64,000 bases of DNA from Vicinamibacterales bacterium (GTDB lineage Bacteria > Acidobacteriota > Vicinamibacteria > Vicinamibacterales > 2-12-FULL-66-21): positions 75,893 to 139,892 of the forward strand of contig DATJFQ010000042.1 of assembly GCA_035495555.1 (NCBI GenBank), in the 5' to 3' direction. The notes below the pieces were generated by a model. That model had not been told where the DNA came from and made no database searches. It saw only the letters and a list, made by a program, of their open reading frames with translations. A program made the translations under genes and the position numbers. Positions within the stretch are counted from its first letter, which is position 1, and the number at the start of each line of letters is the position of its first letter. Below, piece after piece: positions 27,576 through 34,767 of this stretch.

Positions 27576-28637
27576 ATGCCGTGCCCACGCCTTGCTGGCG
27601 CCCTCGCGCTGGCGGGTTTGTGGGCGTTCAGCCCATCCGGGCCGGATGCCGCGAACGGGCGGTCGGACGCCGTCATCCCCGTTGAAACGCTTCGCGCCAC
27701 GGCTGCGCTCCCGGCGCACATCGCGGATGCGTTCGAATCACCGCGCAACTTCGAGCAGACCGATGCGGGCGAGTACTTCGTCTTCGACCGCCGCGGACAC
27801 GCGGTCTATACGGTCTCCGGCGACACGGCGCGCAAGATCATCGAGATCGGGGCGGAGCCCGGCAGGATTCTCGACCCGTCCGCGTTCGACATGGATCCGC
27901 GCGACGGCACGTTCGTCGTCGCCGACGCGCCGAACCAGCGGGAACGGATCCAAGTCTTCACCGCCGCCGGCAGCCGTCTTTCCGGGTTCACGCTTCCTGG
28001 CCGTGAACTGCCACGGATCACCTTCGACACCTTCGTGCTGAACGGCGTCGGTACCCTGCAGTTCACCGGCAATCGACTCCTCCTCAACCAGCCTGAGCGC
28101 AGCGCGCTCATCACCGAAATGATGATCGACGGGACTCCCGTGCGCACGTTCGGCAGACTGCGCCCGACGGGACACGAAGGAGATCCCGGCGTTCACACGG
28201 CGTTCAATTCGGGATTTCCGCTCGTCGATCCGGCAGGCGGTTATTACTTCGTCTTCGCTGCGGGCCCGCCGATGTTCCGGAAATACGACGCGACGGGCGA
28301 ACTGCTCTTCGAGCGTCACATCGAAGGACCGGAGATCGACGAGTACCTGCGGGCGCTCCCGACGACCTGGACGCGCCAGAAACAGCCCGACGGCACGTTG
28401 ATTCCGCTCGTCAACCCCGCGGTGCGGGCCGCCGGCGTCGATCGCCAGGGCCGCCTGTGGGTGTCACTCATCCAGCCGATGACGTATGTGTACGACCGGA
28501 CGGGAGACAAGATTCACACCGTGCAGTTCCGGGGCGCCGACATCATCGCGCCGAACAGCCTTTTTTTCACCAGGGACGGCAGGGTGCTTGTGACGCCGGG
28601 ATGTTACGAATTTTCGATCAAGAGCGTGAATCCCTAA
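27576..28637 (+). CDS. Secreted beta-propeller-like (NHL-like) protein of unknown function
   Basis: ATG lies 2 nt after the E1 stop. Signal peptide MPCPRLAGALALAGLWAFS. Repeated YFVFD/FVVAD/YYFVFA strand motifs. Confidence 0.5.
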   Translation: MPCPRLAGALALAGLWAFSPSGPDAANGRSDAVIPVETLRATAALPAHIADAFESPRNFEQTDAGEYFVFDRRGHAVYTVSGDTARKIIEIGAEPGRILDPSAFDMDPRDGTFVVADAPNQRERIQVFTAAGSRLSGFTLPGRELPRITFDTFVLNGVGTLQFTGNRLLLNQPERSALITEMMIDGTPVRTFGRLRPTGHEGDPGVHTAFNSGFPLVDPAGGYYFVFAAGPPMFRKYDATGELLFERHIEGPEIDEYLRALPTTWTRQKQPDGTLIPLVNPAVRAAGVDRQGRLWVSLIQPMTYVYDRTGDKIHTVQFRGADIIAPNSLFFTRDGRVLVTPGCYEFSIKSVNP

Positions 28638-28971
28638 TCCCTCATCGCCAATCCTCGGATCCCTCATCCGAAATCCTGAATCCCCAATCCTGAATCCCGA
28701 ATCCTCGAATCCTCGAATCCTCGAATCCCGGATCCTCAATCCGCCAATCGCTGAGGGTGGTACCCCGACTGCCAGGAGTGGAACCGCGGATCCCGAATGG
28801 TGTCAGATCGGGCCTCGAGTAGCGGATTAAGGATCTGATTCGGGGATCTGGGATTCGAAGATCCGGGATTCGAAGATCCGGGATTCGAGGATCCGCGATT
28901 CGGGATTGGGGATTCAGGATTTCGGATGAGGGATCCGAGGATTGGCGATTAGGGATGAGGGATTGACCGCT
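28638..28971. repeat. Large low-complexity inverted repeat (AATCC-rich left arm, GGATT-rich right arm) that fills the whole convergent intergenic region
   Basis: A 45-nt perfect complement (cgccaatcctcggatccctcatccgaaatcctgaatccccaatcc at about 28646-28690, against its reverse complement at about 28904-28948). Inside the arms are degenerate 6-8-nt units, e.g. gaatcctc x3 and ggattcgaagatccg x2. Confidence 0.9.
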
Positions 28972-29376
28972 CTACAACAGTTTTCCCACTGCAAGATCGA
29001 GATTGAGTTCCGCCGGATCGATGTCGAACTGCTGCGCGAGATCCGTGATTGTCTCCTGCAGCTTCATCAGGGCCATGCCGACGTTCTCGGTTTCCTCGTC
29101 CGTGAGCGTCTGATTCTCCATCCGGCGAATCGCCTGCCGCTCGAGAATCTGGCGAATCAGATCGACGAGCGTCAGCACCAGTTTCATCACCGAACGGCGG
29201 ACGTCTTCCGGGTCCGCGTTCCATCTGGGCGGACCGTGTGACGCGGCCTGGGCGATCTGTTGTCGAATCGCGTCGATCTCACGCTCGGCGCTGACAACGG
29301 CGCGCGGGCGTGTGCGCTTGACCGGTGTATGTCGGCGACCGGCAGGCTGTCTGGCGCTCGGCTTTTTACGCGTCAC
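28972..29376 (-). CDS. gvpK: Gas vesicle protein GvpK
   Basis: KLVLTLVDLIRQILERQAIRRMENQTLTDEETENVGMALMKLQE matches the GvpK family. GTG at 29376 forms a GTGA overlap with the upstream stop. The alternative GTG at 29421 would add 15 aa. Confidence 0.85.
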   Translation of the reverse strand: MTRKKPSARQPAGRRHTPVKRTRPRAVVSAEREIDAIRQQIAQAASHGPPRWNADPEDVRRSVMKLVLTLVDLIRQILERQAIRRMENQTLTDEETENVGMALMKLQETITDLAQQFDIDPAELNLDLAVGKLL

Positions 29377-30023
29377 AACAGTTCCGGCGCGAACGCGTAC
29401 GGCGCGAAAGGGCCGGACCACGTCAGCCCTGGCGCGTGGGTCCGCACGTCGGCGGCAGCCGACGCGTACGCGCCGGCGCGCACGCGATCGACGAGATGGT
29501 ACAGCGCTGCGGGCACGATTGTCGTCGCCTCAGCAAAGCGCTCTTCGGCCGCGAGGTTCGCCAGACGTCGGACACGGCGGAACGACGAGGGCGCCGGCGG
29601 GTGCGCTGCGCGAGCGGCGCGCCGCAGATAGTCGGTGCCTGAACGCGTCCGCGCCGCTTGGGCGCGGGCGCGGGCGACGGGCTCCGCCCCCGCACTGCGC
29701 CATGTGAACTGCACGCGTCCCCGGACACGATCGAAGGCCTCGCGCAGTTCCTCGCGGCGCTCGACGAACGACGTCTCCAGGTCGGACGAACTGAGCAGCG
29801 TCCCGAAGCGCACCGGAAGAATGGCTGGAACGAGCGCGGCGAGGCGCTCGACGATACGTTCGTGGGCCTGCAGCGTTCCGAAGTCGAAAGGAGGCACATC
29901 CGCGCGCCGTTCGACCACCGCGAATCCTCCATCGATCCGCCGGACGGCGAGCGGACCGCTGAGGCCGCGTCCCGGTTTCGGGGGCGGCGCGTCGACGACC
30001 GCGAACACGTACCACGCCATCAC
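29373..30023 (-). CDS. Gas vesicle protein, GvpF/GvpL family (third copy)
   Basis: WYVFAVVD...AHERIVERLAALVPAILPVRFGTLLSS...RGRVQFTW matches the GvpL_GvpF pattern. Confidence 0.8.
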   Translation of the reverse strand: MMAWYVFAVVDAPPPKPGRGLSGPLAVRRIDGGFAVVERRADVPPFDFGTLQAHERIVERLAALVPAILPVRFGTLLSSSDLETSFVERREELREAFDRVRGRVQFTWRSAGAEPVARARAQAARTRSGTDYLRRAARAAHPPAPSSFRRVRRLANLAAEERFAEATTIVPAALYHLVDRVRAGAYASAAADVRTHAPGLTWSGPFAPYAFAPELL

Positions 30024-30394
30024 CGTGAGCGGAGCGGCAACACGCGATCCGCGGCGCAGAGCAGGGCGGACAGGCGCAGGTACACAAGATCGACGTTCGC
30101 GAGCGCCAGGATCACTTCCGCATTGAGCACGACGCCTTTGCTGAGCAGGTTATCCACGATGTCGAGAAGCGTTGCGTCGTCTGAATCGATGATGCGGCCC
30201 GCTTGACGCCTCGCGGACGCACCCGTGCGCGGACCCGGCTTGCGGCTGGACGGCGGACGCCGCCGAGGCGCAGACGGCTTCAGCGCCGGCCGGGCACGCC
30301 GGCCGCCGACGGTTGTATGCCGCGGTCGCGGTCCCACGGTGCTTCGGAGGGCAGCGCGCGGTGGACGCGGGCGGCCTTTACGTCTTTTCGCCAT
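30020..30394 (-). CDS. GvpA/J/M-family small gas vesicle protein (GvpM-like) with a roughly 70-aa basic N-terminal extension
   Basis: ATLLDIVDNLLSKGVVLNAEVILALANVDLVYLRLSALL core. The N-terminus MAKRRKGRPRPPRAALRS... is rich in R/P/K. Confidence 0.8.
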   Translation of the reverse strand: MAKRRKGRPRPPRAALRSTVGPRPRHTTVGGRRARPALKPSAPRRRPPSSRKPGPRTGASARRQAGRIIDSDDATLLDIVDNLLSKGVVLNAEVILALANVDLVYLRLSALLCAADRVLPLRSR

Positions 30395-31184
30395 CGTTCC
30401 CGATGAAATTGTAGGCCGGCCACGGTCCGGTCAGCGTCATCCTGGCCCCCGCGGCCGCGCAGCGCGCCGCCTCTTTCCGCGCTGCCGCCTTGAACCGCGC
30501 GCGCGAGGAACTCGGGACGAGAAACGCGGCATCGAGAAGCGGCGGTGTGGCGCCCTCATCGCGGCGTTCGGGCCGTTGCCGGGCGGCGCGAGTGATTGCC
30601 GCCAGCGATTCATACGCCTCTTCCGCGGCCGCCGCGGTTCGGAGGCGGAAATCGTGCTGCGCATCCCGGACAGCCTTGCGCGACGCGAGGAAAGCGGACC
30701 CCGTCAGGGGCGCTGACGTCCGCGCGCGTCGCACCGCCACCGACTGGACACCCGGTTCCGCGAACACCCTGATCCCCCACTCCTCACATCCGGCGATACG
30801 CCGCACCGCGCGGCGGATGTCTTCGCGCTCGCGCAGCAATTCTTCACGCGCGCTCTCGACGGACGAGAAGATTGTCAGCAGTTTCATGGGAATCACCGTC
30901 GATCCGCGGCGACGCGTGAAGTATTCGACGACCGCCTCGTGGCCGACCGCGATTGCAGACACCCACTCCAGGTCGCGCAATCCGGCATTCACCGCGTGCT
31001 CTCCGTACATCGCGATGGGCACCCCCGCGGCGATGAACCACAGCTTTCCCGTGAGCAGCACCGGCTCCGGCCGTGCAGCGCCGGGGATACCGGCGGGCAC
31101 GCCGCCGAGCGGCGGCCGCGAGGGCGACGCGACGACACAGTAGACGTACGTCGCGTTCACGGTGCTCAATTGACGGCGCGCCAT
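30378..31184 (-). CDS. Gas vesicle protein, GvpF/GvpL family (second copy)
   Basis: Start at MARRQLSTVNATYVYCVVAS. HEAVVEYFTRRRGSTVIPMKLLTIFSS...EEWGIRVF. The 407-aa track ORF is over-extended into the ArsA-like gene. Confidence 0.8.
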   Translation of the reverse strand: MARRQLSTVNATYVYCVVASPSRPPLGGVPAGIPGAARPEPVLLTGKLWFIAAGVPIAMYGEHAVNAGLRDLEWVSAIAVGHEAVVEYFTRRRGSTVIPMKLLTIFSSVESAREELLREREDIRRAVRRIAGCEEWGIRVFAEPGVQSVAVRRARTSAPLTGSAFLASRKAVRDAQHDFRLRTAAAAEEAYESLAAITRAARQRPERRDEGATPPLLDAAFLVPSSSRARFKAAARKEAARCAAAGARMTLTGPWPAYNFIGNDGEKT

Positions 31185-33061
31185 CGTGATCTCCACGCCT
31201 GCAGCACGTCGACGCCATGAGGCGGGGGCAGGGCGGATGGAGTGACGATGATAGCGTAAGGCCCGCGGTCCGCCAGTTGCGCGCGGAGGGAGCCGAGTTC
31301 GCGGCGCTGTCTCCCCTCGATCGAACGACAGCGGGGGCACGAGCCGGCGCCGAACGCGTTCACGATCACCGCGCGGACAGCCACACCAAGGGCGTCGAGC
31401 GACCGTTGAAGCGCCAGCGTTTCCTCGCGCGGCACCGCTGCGGCGCGGGTGACGATGACGAAGGCGGTTTGGTTCCTGTCGCGAACGATCGTGTCGAGCG
31501 CGCGCAGCCGCTGCGACAGATCGACAAGGAGCTGCGCGAACGCACCAGGGCGCACGATCTCGCGATACTTCAGGAGAATGGCCATCAAGGCCTGCGTCCA
31601 CTCGCGAAGGATTGCCGGTGTCTCGAGCAGCCGCAGCGCGTGGCCCGTCGGCGCCGTGTCGGTGACGATCGTGCGGTACGAACCGCGTCCGTTCAGCAGT
31701 TCTGCGACCTCCGCAATGGCGATCACTTCGTCGAGACCGGGCGGTGTGAATTCGATGAGTTCGCGGAGGGCGCTCCGGTCGGGGGTCGGGTCGAGCGTCG
31801 ACCGCGTCAGGCCGTCGAACATCGCGTCAACGGCGCCCGTGTAGCGGGCGCGAAACTGCTGCAGGCCGCGAGCGGCATCGATTTCGCGCACGTCGAGATT
31901 CGGAAGGCCCCCGGCCAACGGCGCTGCCGAATCGCTTACGCGCACGCCGAGCACGTCGCCGAGCGAGTGCGCGGGGTCGGTAGACAGGAGCAGAAACGAT
32001 TCGTTCGGACTCGCCCGTGCGAGATCGACCGCCAGCGCGGCGCCGCACGTCGTTTTCCCCACACCCCCCTTCCCGCTCACGAGCAGCCACCGCGCATCGA
32101 AGATCGACTTGCCAACAGCAGTCGTTCGAATGCCGTGGGCAATGGCTCCATACAGCCGCCGGCGAAGCGGTGACGGGCGCGTGACCTGTTGCGCCCGCGA
32201 ACAGGTGGATGCAAGCGACCGGAGCGCGGCGGCATTACGAGGTTCCGTCTCGGATTCCGCGACCGTTCTGACGCGGATGGCCGGAAAGCATGCGGCGATC
32301 GGTGCCAGCGCGCGCGCCTCGAAGCGGCGGCGCGCCGCATCCCACTCGCAGCCGCCGCGAGGCGTCGCGCGGTTCACGATGAGCGTTCGTACGCGAATGC
32401 GGCTGGCGGCGAGCGCGGTGAGCGCGTCGGCCGTCTCTTCCAGCGCCATTGGCTCCGGAAGCGTCACCCACACGAACTCGGATTGCCTCTCGTCTCGCAG
32501 GCGGGTCGTCAGCAGCGTCGAATCCTCGGCGAGCGACGCAATCAACCGGTCCGCCGCGTCCTCCCGATAGCGCCCCGTGAGCGCCCGGACCACACCCCGG
32601 TGGTGCAACTGCAGGCCGTCCAGCACCTCCGCCATACGGGCGGCGAGCACCGGCATCGCGAGGAGCCGCAGCGTGTGGCCAGTCGGCGCCGTGTCCACCA
32701 CGACTCGTTCGTAGCGTGATTCCGAGAGACGCACGATCTCGAGCAGCGCCGCGACTTCGTCGATTCCCGGGAGCGAGAGCGCCAGCAGCCGGTGGACATC
32801 GTCCTCGTCGAGGTACGTCCCGCGCACCGCGATGGCTGCGAGGAGATCCTCGCGCGGTGCCAGCCAGGCCCGGAATGCGGCCCTCGCATCGATCGCGCGC
32901 ACGTCCAGCCGCGCCGGACGGCCGGAAAATCCAAAGCTCCGACGGACGGAGGCCGCGGGGTCAGTGGAAACGAGCAGCGTCCGGCAGTGGTGGGCGGAGC
33001 GGAACGCGATGGCTGCTGCGCAGGTGGTCTTGCCGACCCCGCCTTTGCCGCCCACGAGCAC
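31166..33061 (-). CDS. Tandem-duplicated ArsA/Get3-type P-loop ATPase
   Basis: Two halves, each with a deviant Walker A GKGGVGKTT(C) and the DTAPTGH(T/A)LRLL signature. There is a CPRC pair near the C-terminus. GTG start 11 nt after the gvpG stop, and the 3-prime end overlaps the next gvpF/L by 19 nt. Confidence 0.85.
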   Translation of the reverse strand: MLVGGKGGVGKTTCAAAIAFRSAHHCRTLLVSTDPAASVRRSFGFSGRPARLDVRAIDARAAFRAWLAPREDLLAAIAVRGTYLDEDDVHRLLALSLPGIDEVAALLEIVRLSESRYERVVVDTAPTGHTLRLLAMPVLAARMAEVLDGLQLHHRGVVRALTGRYREDAADRLIASLAEDSTLLTTRLRDERQSEFVWVTLPEPMALEETADALTALAASRIRVRTLIVNRATPRGGCEWDAARRRFEARALAPIAACFPAIRVRTVAESETEPRNAAALRSLASTCSRAQQVTRPSPLRRRLYGAIAHGIRTTAVGKSIFDARWLLVSGKGGVGKTTCGAALAVDLARASPNESFLLLSTDPAHSLGDVLGVRVSDSAAPLAGGLPNLDVREIDAARGLQQFRARYTGAVDAMFDGLTRSTLDPTPDRSALRELIEFTPPGLDEVIAIAEVAELLNGRGSYRTIVTDTAPTGHALRLLETPAILREWTQALMAILLKYREIVRPGAFAQLLVDLSQRLRALDTIVRDRNQTAFVIVTRAAAVPREETLALQRSLDALGVAVRAVIVNAFGAGSCPRCRSIEGRQRRELGSLRAQLADRGPYAIIVTPSALPPPHGVDVLQAWRSRWRAVN

Positions 33062-33072
33062 GAGCGGCGCGT

Positions 33073-33372
33073 TCAGTGCTCGTCGCCCTCGAACGTGGCT
33101 TCGATGCCGGTGATGCGCATGTCGGACGAAGACGCGATGGCGGCTTCGCCGCCCCGCTGCCGTTCCCGAATTTCCCGGATACGCGCGAGGATCTCTGCTT
33201 CGAGCGCGTCGAACTCGCCCTGTGTCATCTCCCCCAGCTCGACGCGCATTTGCGCCGCGAGGAGGTGCTCGTGCAGCGCCGACTCGTCGTTCATCTCCGT
33301 GTCGACGGCCGCAGCCACCTTGTCGAGCACGAAGCGAATCCCCGAAATCAGCAGACTGTCAACGATCAGCAT
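33073..33372 (-). CDS. gvpG: Gas vesicle protein GvpG
   Basis: MLIVDSLLISGIRFVLDKVAAAVDTEMNDESALHEHLLAAQMRVELGEMTQGEFDALEAEILARIREI matches the GvpG family pattern. Confidence 0.8.
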   Translation of the reverse strand: MLIVDSLLISGIRFVLDKVAAAVDTEMNDESALHEHLLAAQMRVELGEMTQGEFDALEAEILARIREIRERQRGGEAAIASSSDMRITGIEATFEGDEH

Positions 33373-33402
33373 TCAGCTTCGCCGTTCGGCACTCGCCATG
33401 GC

Positions 33403-34320
33403 TCAATGCGCCCGTTCGAGCTTCAGCCGGATGTTCACGAAATTGTACGGCGGCCACGGGCCGGTGTACTTGAACGTGAGCTTGTCGAACTGCTGTCCGA
33501 TCTGCTTGACGCGCGCGTCGAAGGCGCCTTCCGTCTCACGCGAGACGAGGAACGCGGCGTTCATGATCATCCGATCCCCGATAGGCTTGTTCGATCGCGA
33601 CGCCACCGACACGTTGCGGAGCGCGTTGAAGATGTCTGCCACGTATCGTTCGGAACGCGACTGCAGGGCGGCGTCGATCAAGCGCCCGTACTGCATCCGC
33701 GCGAAATAGGTGGAGCCCTTCTGCGACGAGATCTCGGTTTTCAACCGCCGGATGTCTTCGTCGTCCTCTTCGATTTCGCGGATGATCTGATCGCGGTCCC
33801 AGAGCACTTTCAGGCCGAACTCGAACTTTTCCTGCATCTTGTTCAGCACGTCGCTGAACGCGTCGTACGCCGAGCGCAGCAGCTCCATGATGTCGTCGTC
33901 GGTCTTGAACACGGTGCCGAACGACATCGGGATGACCGTGTGCTTCTGCATGACGGTCTCGTTCACGCGCTGGTGCGCCAGCACGTTCTCGCGCGTCGGA
34001 TCCTGAATCACGATCGGCGTGTTCGATACGACGGCCCCGATGTCGCGATAGTGCACCGTGTGCACGTCGGCGGGCTCGGGGCCGAGTCCCAGCGGGCCGA
34101 AGCTCAGAGGCTGCTCCGATCGGATGATGCAGTAGACATACTTGCCTTCCGGCCGGTCCTCACGCCTGGTCGTCTGCGGGACCCGCACGCGTTCGAGCTT
34201 GCCCCGGCCGGCGTCCTGGCGGGCGATGCTGGCGCGCTCGAGCGGCGGCTTTCGCGCCGGCGGTTCCGGCTTGCGGGGCGAGGTCTTCGATTTCGACGCT
34301 TTCTTTGCCGCTTTTGCCAT
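33403..34320 (-). CDS. gvpF: Gas vesicle protein GvpF/GvpL family (first copy) with a roughly 60-aa Lys/Pro-rich N-terminal extension
   Basis: KYVYCIIRSEQ...IGAVVSNTP...AHQRVNETVMQKHTVIPMSFGTVFKTDDD...FEFGLKV...YTGPWPPYNF. Confidence 0.85.
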   Translation of the reverse strand: MAKAAKKASKSKTSPRKPEPPARKPPLERASIARQDAGRGKLERVRVPQTTRREDRPEGKYVYCIIRSEQPLSFGPLGLGPEPADVHTVHYRDIGAVVSNTPIVIQDPTRENVLAHQRVNETVMQKHTVIPMSFGTVFKTDDDIMELLRSAYDAFSDVLNKMQEKFEFGLKVLWDRDQIIREIEEDDEDIRRLKTEISSQKGSTYFARMQYGRLIDAALQSRSERYVADIFNALRNVSVASRSNKPIGDRMIMNAAFLVSRETEGAFDARVKQIGQQFDKLTFKYTGPWPPYNFVNIRLKLERAH

Positions 34321-34332
34321 ACGGTCTGAGCC

Positions 34333-34767
34333 TCAGGATCGCTTCCGGGTGCCGCGGGACGCCCGTCCGTCGGCCCCCGTCGGCTGCCGATCGAGCAGCC
34401 GCCGGATCTCTGCCACCAAGGCGTCCGGCAGGCACGGCTTGGTCACGAACGCATCACAACCGGCCTGCCTCGCGCCTTCGGCGTGTCCGGCGAGCGCATG
34501 GCCGGTCAACGCGACGACGGGGATCTTCCGGGTCCGTTCATCACTCTTGAGGCGCCGTGTCGCCTCCCACCCGTCCATGCGGGGGAGCGCGAGGTCCATG
34601 AGGATGATGTCGGGCATCAGGCGCTGCGCCTTCTCGATGGCCTCGATGCCGTTGGTCGCTTCCGCGACCTCGTACCCGGAGAACTGCAGGTACGCCGCGT
34701 ACATCTCACGTGCATCCTGATAGTCCTCCACGACGAGCACCAGGGGCTGGTCGCGCCGGCTCTTCAT
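34333..34767 (-). CDS. Single-domain (CheY-like) response regulator with no output domain
   Basis: LVLVVEDYQD...DIILMDLALPRMDGWE...PVVALTGH...FVTKP. Its ATG overlaps the kinase stop (ATGA). Confidence 0.85.
   Translation of the reverse strand: MKSRRDQPLVLVVEDYQDAREMYAAYLQFSGYEVAEATNGIEAIEKAQRLMPDIILMDLALPRMDGWEATRRLKSDERTRKIPVVALTGHALAGHAEGARQAGCDAFVTKPCLPDALVAEIRRLLDRQPTGADGRASRGTRKRS

Noticed and set aside
28638-28971. Possible CRISPR array, because of the many short repeated units
   Set aside because: There is no constant repeat alternating with unique spacers. The units are 6-8 nt and degenerate, and the two halves are reverse complements of each other. No cas genes are nearby.
31166-33061. 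Interpretation of the ArsA-like gene as part of an arsenic-resistance operon
   Set aside because: No arsR, arsB/ACR3, arsC or arsD gene is present anywhere in the window, and the gene overlaps gvp genes on both sides. The context argues for a gvp-related role. This remains an inference.
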